Source: an uncultured Flavobacteriales bacterium (GTDB taxonomy: Bacteria > Bacteroidota > Bacteroidia > Flavobacteriales_D > Crocinitomicaceae). Taken from it: a stretch of DNA of 64,000 bases. The notes below the pieces were generated by a model. It ran no database searches, was not told the origin of the DNA, and saw only the letters and a list, made by a program, of their open reading frames with translations. The translations under genes were made by a program, and so were the position numbers. How positions within the stretch are numbered: position 1 is the stretch's first letter; every line of letters begins with the position of its first letter. Shown here in pieces: positions 49,970-58,893 of this stretch. The stretch covers positions 3,960 to 67,959 of the forward strand of contig CAJXCU010000004.1 of NCBI GenBank assembly GCA_913051935.1, read 5' to 3'.

Positions 49970-50012
49970 TACAAAAAGCCACAATTTTGGTTTCAGATTA
50001 AATTTTTCAGAA

Positions 50013-53000
50013 ATGAAGAAGGTATTTCTTGTGTTAATTTTTTCCTCCCCAATTATTTTATTTGGACAGGATTTTTCTAAGCAAGTTCAGCATGAAATAG
50101 ATAGTTTAAATGAAGTCATCGCGAAGAATAATATTGCCGATACGGCATTGGCTAATATTTATCTTGGATTATCAGGATTGCTTTATGTCCAGAATATTGA
50201 CACGATGATACCGCTGTGCAATAAAGTGATTGAGATCGCTGAAAATAGTTTGGATAAAAATCCTGATTCGCTAGAGAAAATAGCAATGTTAAATCACTAT
50301 TCGGGAGCGCTTAATAATATTGCTTATGTGTACATGACAAGAGGTGAGATAGAACAATGTATCGACTATCTACAAAAAAGTTTAAAGATATACGAGGAGA
50401 CTGGCAACAAAGCAGAGATTGCAACTGCGGTAAATAATATTGGATACATATTTCAGCAGCAGGGAAACTCACTAAAGGCCTTAGATTACTACAAACGTAG
50501 CCTTGAAATAGAAAAGGAATTTGGTGACAAATTGGACATAGGTACAAGTTTACTTAATATCGCATCACTGTATGAAGAAATAAATCAGCCGGACAGGGCT
50601 TTGGATTACTATCAAAGCAGTCTGCACTATCTGCAGGCTTCAGGCAATCAATATAAGATTGCGGCAGTAAAATTGAGCATTGGTGACCTCATACTTAATC
50701 AGGGCAATGAGATGCTCGCTTTGACGTATTTCTTCAATGCCTTAAAAATTAATCGGGAAATTGATGCAAAAGACAATATCTCAAATTGTTTAATTACGCT
50801 TGGTGAGTATCATTTGAGTAAAAATAATTTGGATAGTGCGGAAATTTACACTCAAAATAGCTTAAATCTCCGAAGAGATCTTGATTTTAAGGACGGGATA
50901 GCGATCTCGGCCATTACGCTTGCAAAAGTCATGTTGAAAAAAGACCAATTGCGGGCTGCAAAAAATTATGCATTAGAAAGTCTCAGCGTTGCACAAGACT
51001 TGGGTTATCCGCGCAACATTAAAGTGGCTGCAGAAATACTTGCTGAGATATATGAAAAGGAAAATAATAGCATCGATGCATTGCGTATGATGAAATTATT
51101 CATACAAATGAAGGACTCTGTAAATATAGAGGAAGCCAGAAAATCTTTGCAGCTTCAGGAGTCTAAATATCAATATGAAACCAAAAAGAAAGAGGATGAC
51201 CTCCAACACGATCTTGAAATCGCAGTTAAGGATGAAAAAATAAGGAGTAAGCAGTCTGTTACAAATCTATTAATCATCCTGCTTTCTTTTGTGGCACTAT
51301 CGCTTATCGTGATCATAGTGAGGTCAATCAAAATCAATCGTTTGAAACAAAAACTAATTGAAAAAAACGAAGAAAATGAGGAGTTGGTTGCAAACCTCGA
51401 GTCTACGGTTGAAGAGAGAACATTGACTCTAAAAGACTCCTTCGCTTTAATCGAGGAGAAGGAAAAAAATTACAGTGATTTGTTGGATAAATCCTCAGAA
51501 ATGATTCAAATGCTTGACCCAGAGGGAAATATTACATACGTAAATCAGGCATGGTTGGACAATATGAAGTTCGACAAACCTGATGAGGTTCTGGGTAAGC
51601 CAATTGTAGATTTTTTCAATCAAAAAACATTAAAAGAATTTGCGTTGGTGATGCCTAAATTAATGCAAGGCGAACTCGTTGAAGAGTTAGAATGTCAGTT
51701 TATTTCCAAGGAAACTACCGAGATTGTTTTAAAAGGTCGTGCTCGACCTATAATAAAGAACGGTAGTTATGCAGGTTCTCAGGCCTTTTTCTTTAATATA
51801 ACTGAGGTACTCAGGGCAAAGCGTGAGATGGATCAGATGACAAGCTTCAAGCAGATTATGCTAAACATTACAACGGAATATATTAATGCACCTATTTCTG
51901 AAATTGACAATGTAATCAACACCTCTCTACTTGAGATTTCAAAGTTTTCCTCGGCTGATCGAGCGTATGTCTTCAAATATAATTTTGAAGAAGAAATTTG
52001 TTCTATTACCCATGAATGGGTTGGCGAGGGGATACCATCTCAATTAGAGGAGCTCAAAGCGATGCCCTTTTCAAAGGTACCGCACTCATTGAAAAAGCAT
52101 ACAAAAGGAGAGTTTGTTGAATTTCCAGATGTATCAAAAATTAAGGACAAAAGAATCTTTAATGTACTCAATGAAGAAGGAACGCAAAGTATGATCTCCA
52201 TACCCATGATGCACAATGAAAAGGCCATAGGATTTATAGGCTTTGATCTCATGAAAATAAAAAGAGCGTTTACAGCAGATGAAAAAAACCTCTTATGGAT
52301 TTATTCTCAAATGTTGGTCAATGTCTTCAATAGAATTGCTTTTATTGAGGAGCTTCAGACTACTAAAAATGAGTTGGCGGAAATCAACCTTTCCTTGGAG
52401 AAAAAAGTTTTTGAAAACACCAAAAAAAATATGGATTTATCCCGTTCGATTATGGAGCAAGAAAAACTTGTGACAATCGGCGAGATTTCTGCGGGTATCG
52501 CCCATGACCTAAACACTCCCCTCGGGACAATACGTGTCGGGGCCGATAATATTAATTTTATTTTAAACAGTTTGTTTAACGGGGCTATTTGCGATTTTAC
52601 AAAAGATGAACTTTCCCACATCTTAAATCATGTAGAAAAAAATAGAATTGAGATGTATGTCGGAGGTTTACAAATGAGAAAGGAGAAGAGTGAAATGCTC
52701 GAGTATTTAAATGCTTCATTAAGTGGTAAAATACCCTCTGCATTAAATGAAGTTTGTGATTTATTGGTTAAATGCCGTTTTTCTCCATCACAAGAGGAGG
52801 AGATTTCAATGATTTTGTCAAAACCATTTGCTAAAGAGTATCTACAAATTATGAATCAGCTTCAAATGGCGATGGCACAACTTGAAACCATTAGAAAGTC
52901 AAGTGATAAGGCTGTTGGGGTAGTTCAGGATATGAGGGCCTTTATCAAGGGAGAGAATATCTTAGAACAAAAAATGATTAATCTTAGAGATAATATTTCA

Positions 53001-53408
53001 ACAGTTTTAGGAGTCTTTAACTACGAAATCAGTTTACATGTAAATCTGGTTTTCGAGGTAGATTCATCCATAGCGTTCATGGGTTATGATATAAAGCTTT
53101 TCCAATTGTGGTCGAATATTGTAAAAAATGGCCTCGAGGCAATGTCTGATCAAGAGGATAGATATCTTGGTATCTTTGCCGAAAGAAAAGACAAGCAATT
53201 AAAGGTGGTATTCGAAAACAATGGACCTAAAATTCCTGATGAAATAGCGGGGTCAATTTTCAAAAAGTTTTACACTACCAAAGCGAAGAAAAGCGGTTCC
53301 GGTTTGGGACTAAGTATTGTAAAGAATGTTTTAAAAGAGCACAACGCAGATATTATTGTTGAATCGAACGAAACCTTAACCAAATTTATAATTACTTTTG
53401 AAATATGA
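50013..53408 (+). CDS. TPR-repeat, single-TM, PAS-GAF sensor histidine kinase (HK2)
   Basis: Signal peptide MKKVFLVLIFSSPIILFGQ at the ATG at 50013. About 8 TPR units (NNIGYIFQQQGNSLKALDYYKRSLEI...). TM helix LLIILLSFVALSLIVIIV. PAS and GAF. H-box EISAGIAHDLNTPLG. HATPase FYTTKAKKSGSGLGLSIV. Confidence 0.8.
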   Translation: MKKVFLVLIFSSPIILFGQDFSKQVQHEIDSLNEVIAKNNIADTALANIYLGLSGLLYVQNIDTMIPLCNKVIEIAENSLDKNPDSLEKIAMLNHYSGALNNIAYVYMTRGEIEQCIDYLQKSLKIYEETGNKAEIATAVNNIGYIFQQQGNSLKALDYYKRSLEIEKEFGDKLDIGTSLLNIASLYEEINQPDRALDYYQSSLHYLQASGNQYKIAAVKLSIGDLILNQGNEMLALTYFFNALKINREIDAKDNISNCLITLGEYHLSKNNLDSAEIYTQNSLNLRRDLDFKDGIAISAITLAKVMLKKDQLRAAKNYALESLSVAQDLGYPRNIKVAAEILAEIYEKENNSIDALRMMKLFIQMKDSVNIEEARKSLQLQESKYQYETKKKEDDLQHDLEIAVKDEKIRSKQSVTNLLIILLSFVALSLIVIIVRSIKINRLKQKLIEKNEENEELVANLESTVEERTLTLKDSFALIEEKEKNYSDLLDKSSEMIQMLDPEGNITYVNQAWLDNMKFDKPDEVLGKPIVDFFNQKTLKEFALVMPKLMQGELVEELECQFISKETTEIVLKGRARPIIKNGSYAGSQAFFFNITEVLRAKREMDQMTSFKQIMLNITTEYINAPISEIDNVINTSLLEISKFSSADRAYVFKYNFEEEICSITHEWVGEGIPSQLEELKAMPFSKVPHSLKKHTKGEFVEFPDVSKIKDKRIFNVLNEEGTQSMISIPMMHNEKAIGFIGFDLMKIKRAFTADEKNLLWIYSQMLVNVFNRIAFIEELQTTKNELAEINLSLEKKVFENTKKNMDLSRSIMEQEKLVTIGEISAGIAHDLNTPLGTIRVGADNINFILNSLFNGAICDFTKDELSHILNHVEKNRIEMYVGGLQMRKEKSEMLEYLNASLSGKIPSALNEVCDLLVKCRFSPSQEEEISMILSKPFAKEYLQIMNQLQMAMAQLETIRKSSDKAVGVVQDMRAFIKGENILEQKMINLRDNISTVLGVFNYEISLHVNLVFEVDSSIAFMGYDIKLFQLWSNIVKNGLEAMSDQEDRYLGIFAERKDKQLKVVFENNGPKIPDEIAGSIFKKFYTTKAKKSGSGLGLSIVKNVLKEHNADIIVESNETLTKFIITFEI

Positions 53409-53812
53409 GTGATATGAAGTGTGCTGTTGTTTGTGTTGACGATGATCCTTATATTCTTCAAATGTTGGGTTTTCAGCTCTCGAAAATCATGGACCAGTCG
53501 CATACCTTGATAGAGTATTTTACAGACCCACGGCAGGCGCTTGAAAATATTGATCTTTTAATAGATGAGCGGATTGACGTGATGTTTGTTATGGTAGATT
53601 ATCAAATGCCAAAAATGACCGGTGCTGAGCTGATTCGAAAGCTAAAAGAGAAGCATCAGTATTTGAAGTGCATTATGCTTTCAGGACAAGCGAATCGTTC
53701 TTCTGTGGATTCTCTAAAAGAGGAAAATCTATTAGAAGAGTTTATTGAAAAACCCTGGGATGAAGATGAATTGTTTGATACACTTCGTCCCTTAATTACT
53801 TCTCGTACATAA
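53405..53812 (+). CDS. Single-domain response regulator (REC only), RR2, a paralogue of RR1
   Basis: CVDDDPYILQMLGFQL, MVDYQMPKMTG, CIMLSGQAN, EKPWDE. About half of its residues are identical to RR1 by eye. ATGA overlap with HK2. Confidence 0.85.
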   Translation: MSDMKCAVVCVDDDPYILQMLGFQLSKIMDQSHTLIEYFTDPRQALENIDLLIDERIDVMFVMVDYQMPKMTGAELIRKLKEKHQYLKCIMLSGQANRSSVDSLKEENLLEEFIEKPWDEDELFDTLRPLITSRT

Positions 53813-53821
53813 TTTAGTTTC

Positions 53822-55171
53822 ATGAAAACCATATTGATATTAGGCGCGGGCCTTTCGGCCTCATCGATGATAAGATACCTTTTAAATTCCGCTGAAAAAG
53901 AAGATTGGAAACTAAGAATTGTCGACAGAGAATTGAGTCGAGTGGAAAAATTGATAGATGGTTTTTCTGTGGCAAAAGCACTATCCTTTAATGCATTAAA
54001 ACGAGAGGAAAGAATAGGCGAAATCGAAAATTCGGACCTTGTAATTTCCATGCTACCAGCACGTTTTCACGTAGAGATCGCAAAAGACTGTATTTTATTC
54101 AAAAAAAATTTGATTACACCTTCTTACATTTCTGATGAAATGAGTGCTCTTGATCAGGATGCAAAAAATGCGGGTATCGTAATTATGAATGAAATTGGCG
54201 TTGACCCTGGGATTGATCATATGAGTGCAATGAAAATCATTGACCATATTAAAAATATTGGCGGTCAGCTTAATAGCTTCAAGTCCTTTTGCGGTGGGCT
54301 TGTTGCTGAGGAATACGATGATAATCCATGGAGGTATAAATTCACTTGGAATCCAAGAAATGTTGTTCTTGCAGGAAAGGGCGGGACAGCCATGTTTCAG
54401 GACAACCACGAATTCAAATATATTCCTTACAACAGATTATTTGATCGCTTGGACAGGATTACAATACCCAACCATGGGAAATTTGTAGGCTACCCCAACA
54501 GAGACTCTTTATCGTATAAAAAAACGTATGGGTTGGAGGGTATTGCAACATTGTACAGAGGCACGCTACGAAGGCCTAACTTTTGTAAAGGATTTAACGT
54601 TTTTATTGAGCTGGGAATGACGGATGATTCCTTTCCCATGGCCAACGCTGAAAACTTAACTCCTCGTGATTTTTTAAATGCCTTTTTGCCCTATATTCCT
54701 AATCTATCCGTAGAGCAAAAGTTCAAATATTTTCTCAGAGAGGATCGAATGTACCTTTATGATCAGTTTGAGTGGCTAGGTGTATTTGGTGCCGATAATG
54801 ATTTTGGATTTGAGGGAGCGACTCCTGCCCAGCTACTTGAAAAACTAATGGTTCGTAAAATGTCTCTTTCTGAGGATGATAAAGACATGCTCGTCATGTA
54901 TCATGAGTTTGAGTTTGAGCACGATGCGAAAGCTAAAAAAATTGTATCTTCGATGATAAACATTGGAGAAGATCAGACCTATACGGCCATGGCCAATACT
55001 GTCGGATTACCTGTTGCCATTGCGGCGAAAATGATTTTAAATGGAGTACTTCAGTCCAAGGGAGTAACTTTACCAACAACTAAAGATATTTATGAACCCA
55101 TTCTGTCTGAGTTAAGTACCCATGGTATTGTATTTAATGAAGAGGAATTAGAAATAAAGCAGCATGGCTAA
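53822..55171 (+). CDS. Saccharopine dehydrogenase family protein (NADP, L-glutamate-forming type)
   Basis: Rossmann motif ILILGAGLSASSM, NEIGVDPGIDHM, and the C-terminal saccharopine dehydrogenase domain pattern. Confidence 0.75.
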   Translation: MKTILILGAGLSASSMIRYLLNSAEKEDWKLRIVDRELSRVEKLIDGFSVAKALSFNALKREERIGEIENSDLVISMLPARFHVEIAKDCILFKKNLITPSYISDEMSALDQDAKNAGIVIMNEIGVDPGIDHMSAMKIIDHIKNIGGQLNSFKSFCGGLVAEEYDDNPWRYKFTWNPRNVVLAGKGGTAMFQDNHEFKYIPYNRLFDRLDRITIPNHGKFVGYPNRDSLSYKKTYGLEGIATLYRGTLRRPNFCKGFNVFIELGMTDDSFPMANAENLTPRDFLNAFLPYIPNLSVEQKFKYFLREDRMYLYDQFEWLGVFGADNDFGFEGATPAQLLEKLMVRKMSLSEDDKDMLVMYHEFEFEHDAKAKKIVSSMINIGEDQTYTAMANTVGLPVAIAAKMILNGVLQSKGVTLPTTKDIYEPILSELSTHGIVFNEEELEIKQHG

Positions 55172-55475
55172 ACCACAAGATGAAAAACAAATGAATATTG
55201 AGCTTTCTGAAGAAACCTCTTTGGGAGTATATTCAAATTTAGCAGTAATTACCCATTCTCCATCGGAGGTTGTTTGTGATTTTATTCAGGTCATGCCTGG
55301 GATGCCTAAAGGAAAAGTTCGTTCAAGAGTCATAATGAACCCTCAAAATGCGAAGCGATTTTTAAAAGCGTTGCAAGATAACATGAAAAAGTATGAGGAT
55401 AATTTTGGTACAATTGACGAGCCCAACCCCGATATTCCACCGATGAATTTTGGCACGCCAAATACGATGGCTTAA
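55164..55475 (+). CDS. DUF3467 domain protein
   Basis: IELSEETSLGVYSNLAVITHSPSEVVCDFIQVMPG...RVIMNPQNAKRFLKAL matches my memory of DUF3467. 8-nt overlap with the upstream gene. Confidence 0.6.
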   Translation: MAKPQDEKQMNIELSEETSLGVYSNLAVITHSPSEVVCDFIQVMPGMPKGKVRSRVIMNPQNAKRFLKALQDNMKKYEDNFGTIDEPNPDIPPMNFGTPNTMA

Positions 55476-55484
55476 TTTACACCA

Positions 55485-56384
55485 ATGCTTGCGGTTTGCA
55501 TACCCGTATACAATCAAAACGTTGAGCGCCTCGTACGCGAATTAAGCGAGCAATCAAAGCCTTTAAATGGTCAGGTGTCAATTTTAATTATCGATGATGC
55601 CTCATCAGAAGAATTTCAAGCTCAATATAAGAACATAAGTGGCTTTGCCAAAGTCATTCAACTTGATGTTAACATTGGACGTTCAAAAATCCGTAATACC
55701 TTTTTGGAGCATACATCGGCCGAGTATTTATTGTTTTTAGATTGTGATGCTCAAATTGTGCATTCAGATTTCCTTTCAAAGTATGTGGAATTCCTTAAGG
55801 TGAATAGACCTAAGGTGCTTTTTGGAGCGAGTATATATCAAAAGGAAAAACCTCCCATGAACTTCAGACTGCGTTGGAAGTACGGAAGTATGATAGAAAG
55901 TAAAAGTTTTGAATATCGCGATAGTGCTCCGCAATTGGGTTTTAAAACGAACAACTTTCTCGTTGATCGAAACATCCTTAAATCATATCCATTTAATGAA
56001 TTGATTACGGGCTATGGTCATGAGGATACATTATTTGGTTTTGACTTAGAGCAAAATGGGATTTCAATTTGTCATATTGATAATCCTGTTTTAAATGCGC
56101 ATCTTGACTCAAATTCCCAATTTTTAAATAAAACGGACGAGGCCCTTAACAACCTTATTCATATTTGGGAGCTTTCGAAGAAAAACGGTGCACTTCTGGA
56201 GCGATTAAATATATTAAAAGTATATTTTAAATATGAGCGTAATTATATTATCGGCGTGATACTACCACGTTTAAGGAAGCCTCTGCGGTTTTTGCTTGAA
56301 CGAGGTGTAGCTAATTTAACGCTTTTTAGCGTTTACAAGTTAGCCTACTTGTTTACGTTCAATTCTGCTCAGAGGCGACAATAA
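55485..56384 (+). CDS. Glycosyltransferase family 2
   Basis: VCIPVYNQ...IIDDASSE...FLDCDA (DxD), typical GT-A GT2 N-terminal half. Confidence 0.75.
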   Translation: MLAVCIPVYNQNVERLVRELSEQSKPLNGQVSILIIDDASSEEFQAQYKNISGFAKVIQLDVNIGRSKIRNTFLEHTSAEYLLFLDCDAQIVHSDFLSKYVEFLKVNRPKVLFGASIYQKEKPPMNFRLRWKYGSMIESKSFEYRDSAPQLGFKTNNFLVDRNILKSYPFNELITGYGHEDTLFGFDLEQNGISICHIDNPVLNAHLDSNSQFLNKTDEALNNLIHIWELSKKNGALLERLNILKVYFKYERNYIIGVILPRLRKPLRFLLERGVANLTLFSVYKLAYLFTFNSAQRRQ

Positions 56385-57492
56385 TATCGATTAGTTTTTG
56401 CTGCTCTATGCCCCAATTCTCTTTTTCTGCCGCTAGCCGACAGTTCTTTCTGTGTTTGTTTCTTAGTTTGTGGTTGGCTTTGTAGCTCAGAATGGTTTCT
56501 TGAATTATTTTAGGTTCGGTTTCTGAAAGAAAAATTCCGACCTCGTATTTTTTGATGATTTTTTTTATTTCGGGAAGTGCTGAGCTCAATATTGGAATTC
56601 CAGCATGGATATAGTCGAATAATTTGTTAGGAAGCGCAAGTTCTTGATTTAGACTTGAATTTTTATCCAAAAGCAAACCGAGATCCGCAATCCTAGTTAT
56701 TTTCATAAGTTCATCGTACGGCCTCCTTGATATAAATCTCACCTTTTGCTTTATATTATTGTGTGCCACGATTTCTTTTGCTTTCGGAATGACATCTCCA
56801 TCGCCAACAATGAGCAAAATGCAACCCTCACAATTTTTCATCGCGAGCACTGCCTCCTCTATTCCCCTATCTATGTTTAGTCCTGAGCCTTGAATAATTA
56901 AAATGAAATCCTCGATATCTAGTTTTAATTGCTTTCTTGTTTTAAGTTCTCCCTCTAATTTATGGTATTCTGGAACATTTCTTACCGCTGTTACAGGTAT
57001 ATTATATTTCTGAGAATATATTTTGGCAATCGAATTATTTACGGTAATCACGTGCTTCAATTTAGGGAAAATAGCTGCTTCAATTTTTAGCCAAATATAT
57101 TGAACCCTTGGTCTAAAGGTAAGCTCCGGAACCTCGGTAAATAATTCATGTGTATCATAAATTAACTTTGCTTTTTTAATTTTAGCCGCCAAAAAACATG
57201 GAGCCAAAGTGTCCAGGTCGTTTGCATAAATCAAGTCAACTTTACTTGAAAATAAAAAGAGGAGTAATCTAATGTTAAGTGAGAGGTAAAATAATGGGCC
57301 TTTTTCGAAAGGTAATTTAAATCTTTTCCATCGGAAGCTTTTTTTGTTCATTGGGGGGCTATTTTTTTTCTTCCTGCCCACCAAGGTTACTTCGTAATTT
57401 TGCCCTTCTAAAACCAGGCACGTCTTCGACACACGATTATCTGTAATCAAGTCATTTGAGACGCACACAATGGCCTTCTTCTTGTTTTTCAT
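56359..57492 (-). CDS. Glycosyltransferase family 4 (GT-B fold)
   Basis: 377 aa. The C-terminal half has a GT1/GT4 E-x7-E-like region (LPNKLFDYIHAGIPILSS). Convergent 26-nt overlap with the GT2 gene. Confidence 0.65.
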   Translation of the reverse strand: MKNKKKAIVCVSNDLITDNRVSKTCLVLEGQNYEVTLVGRKKKNSPPMNKKSFRWKRFKLPFEKGPLFYLSLNIRLLLFLFSSKVDLIYANDLDTLAPCFLAAKIKKAKLIYDTHELFTEVPELTFRPRVQYIWLKIEAAIFPKLKHVITVNNSIAKIYSQKYNIPVTAVRNVPEYHKLEGELKTRKQLKLDIEDFILIIQGSGLNIDRGIEEAVLAMKNCEGCILLIVGDGDVIPKAKEIVAHNNIKQKVRFISRRPYDELMKITRIADLGLLLDKNSSLNQELALPNKLFDYIHAGIPILSSALPEIKKIIKKYEVGIFLSETEPKIIQETILSYKANHKLRNKHRKNCRLAAEKENWGIEQQKLIDIIVASEQN

Positions 57493-57567
57493 CCTTACTT
57501 TTGCAAAGTATTGATTTAAACTTTTTTTACAAAAGATAAACTTGATTAAAATTATCCTTAAAAAAGT

Positions 57568-57596
57568 TTGTGGTAAAAAAAAGTTTCATACATTTG
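57568..57596 (+). promoter_or_regulatory. Bacteroidota-type promoter candidate for tRNA-Thr/tRNA-Tyr
   Basis: TTG at 57568-57570, an 18-nt spacer, then TACATTTG (TAnnTTTG) at 57589-57596. About 63 nt upstream of the tRNA. Confidence 0.35.
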
Positions 57597-57658
57597 CAGT
57601 CCCAAAATTAAACAATTTGGGAAAGAATGCGTTCTTTTTTTTGTTCACCAACAAATTT

Positions 57659-57732
57659 GCCGATGTAGCTCAGTTGGCCAGAGCAGCTGATTTGTAATCA
57701 GCTGGTCGGGGGTTCGAATCCCTCCATCGGCT
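57659..57732 (+). tRNA. thrU: tRNA-Thr (anticodon UGU)
   Basis: Hand-folded cloverleaf. Acceptor GCCGATG/CATCGGC, D arm GCTC..GAGC, anticodon stem GCTGA/TCAGC with loop TTTGTAA (TGT at 57693-57695), T arm GGGGG TTCGAAT CCCTC. No encoded CCA. Confidence 0.9.
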
Positions 57733-57741
57733 CGGAATGTT

Positions 57742-57823
57742 GGGGAGATACTCAAGCGGCCAACGAGGACAGACTGTAAATCTGTTGGTTTTACCTTCGC
57801 AGGTTCGAATCCTGCTCTCCCCA
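57742..57823 (+). tRNA. tyrU: tRNA-Tyr (anticodon GUA), long variable arm
   Basis: Acceptor GGGGAGA/TCTCCCC, anticodon stem ACAGA/TCTGT with loop CTGTAAA, 13-nt variable arm, T arm GCAGG TTCGAAT CCTGC. Confidence 0.9.
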
Positions 57824-57831
57824 CATTTTTT

Positions 57832-57858
57832 AACCTCAACTTTAGTTTGAGGTTTTTA
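57832..57858 (+). terminator. Rho-independent terminator directly after tRNA-Tyr
   Basis: Stem AACCTCAA (57832-57839) / TTGAGGTT (57847-57854), 7-nt loop, then a T-rich tail TTTTTAATTT. Confidence 0.6.
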
Positions 57859-57891
57859 ATTTGGTGCAGCCTTATGTTATATTTTTTATTT

Positions 57892-58893
57892 TTATTCTAA
57901 TTTCAGTAAATTATTAAGAACATCTTGACTTACTTTAAATATACTCCCGTGCAAAGCATTTTCTGGAAAATTAATTTCATCTGAAATATCAGTCCAATTT
58001 TTTAAATCTTTGGATTTGACAGCACCCATTCTATTTCCAGTTGTCATATATTTATCAAAATACACATGCCAATAGTCTCTAATTTTTATTGAAGATGGTC
58101 CTTCAGCCCAGTAATCACCAGTTATTGGATCTGAAACGGGCTCAAAAGAATTAAATAAAGATTTACTTGATGTTATTCTTATATTTTTTTGTGGTGGGTA
58201 TCTTGTTTCATCTTTAAGAAAAAGTATATAATCTTCTGCTGATTTATTTATAGAACCATCTATAACGTTAAAGCCTTGATCAAAAAATAATTTAGTTTTA
58301 CTAAAATCTCGAAAATCTTTAGTTGTCACATAATAGAGCCGATGATTGTATGTTAGTATTAATTCTGTTTTTTCTTCTAATCTTGAGGGAGTGTGAATGT
58401 CAATAGAGTCACCAGAATCATCAGTTTCTTTAAATCTCCCGGGTATAGTAGTTGACCAAATAATTATATATTTTTTTGATATCGAATCGTAATAAATTTC
58501 TGGGGCCCAACAATTTAGAGCATTTTCTTCATGCATCATAACAGGAATTTTTAATTGCTTAGACCAATTAATTAAATCTGTTGAAGAGGCATATCCAATA
58601 CTCCTTTCTCTCCAACTGACTGTGTAAACCATGTGGAATTTTTTATCTGGTCCATATATTATGCATGGGTCTCTCATTAGTTTGTCATTTCCAATAGTAG
58701 GGGTAAGGAAAGATTTATTATTTTTTAATGTTTTCCAACTATAACCATCATGGCTGTAAGCTAAATGTAGGCCATCAGCACCATTATTAATAAAATAACT
58801 ATATAGATATGCTTCCTTATTTTGAGAAAAAGATTTTGATATTGAAATTATAAAAAATATTATTACAAAGGATATTTTATAAAAAATCATCAT
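57892..58893 (-). CDS. Secreted five-bladed beta-propeller glycoside hydrolase (GH43-like)
   Basis: Signal peptide. MRDPCIIYGPD (catalytic-base-like Asp context), NCWAPEIYYD, EGPSSIK blocks. Very AT-rich codon usage. Confidence 0.55.
   Translation of the reverse strand: MMIFYKISFVIIFFIISISKSFSQNKEAYLYSYFINNGADGLHLAYSHDGYSWKTLKNNKSFLTPTIGNDKLMRDPCIIYGPDKKFHMVYTVSWRERSIGYASSTDLINWSKQLKIPVMMHEENALNCWAPEIYYDSISKKYIIIWSTTIPGRFKETDDSGDSIDIHTPSRLEEKTELILTYNHRLYYVTTKDFRDFSKTKLFFDQGFNVIDGSINKSAEDYILFLKDETRYPPQKNIRITSSKSLFNSFEPVSDPITGDYWAEGPSSIKIRDYWHVYFDKYMTTGNRMGAVKSKDLKNWTDISDEINFPENALHGSIFKVSQDVLNNLLKLE

Noticed and set aside
49947-50012. Upstream ATG (49947) as the start of HK2, overlapping RR1 by 23 nt
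   Set aside because: The ATG at 50013 yields a canonical signal peptide (MKKVFLVLIFSSPIILFGQ). The 22 extra residues are polar with no function, so the shorter model is preferred.
53656-54051. 131-aa minus-strand ORF spanning the RR2 / saccharopine dehydrogenase junction
   Set aside because: It crosses an intergenic gap and two well-supported plus-strand genes. It is Ser/Phe/Asn-rich shadow sequence.
57600-57650. Hairpins between the putative promoter and tRNA-Thr (CCCAAAATT..AATTTGGG and AAGAA-TGCG-TTCTT followed by T8), considered as an attenuator or terminator
   Set aside because: The stems are short and AT-rich, with one bulge. No upstream plus-strand gene needs a terminator there. I cannot distinguish this from chance in AT-rich DNA without folding statistics.
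57645-57839. 64-aa ORF on the minus strand
   Set aside because: It lies entirely across tRNA-Thr and tRNA-Tyr. The open frame is a consequence of GC-rich structured RNA genes.
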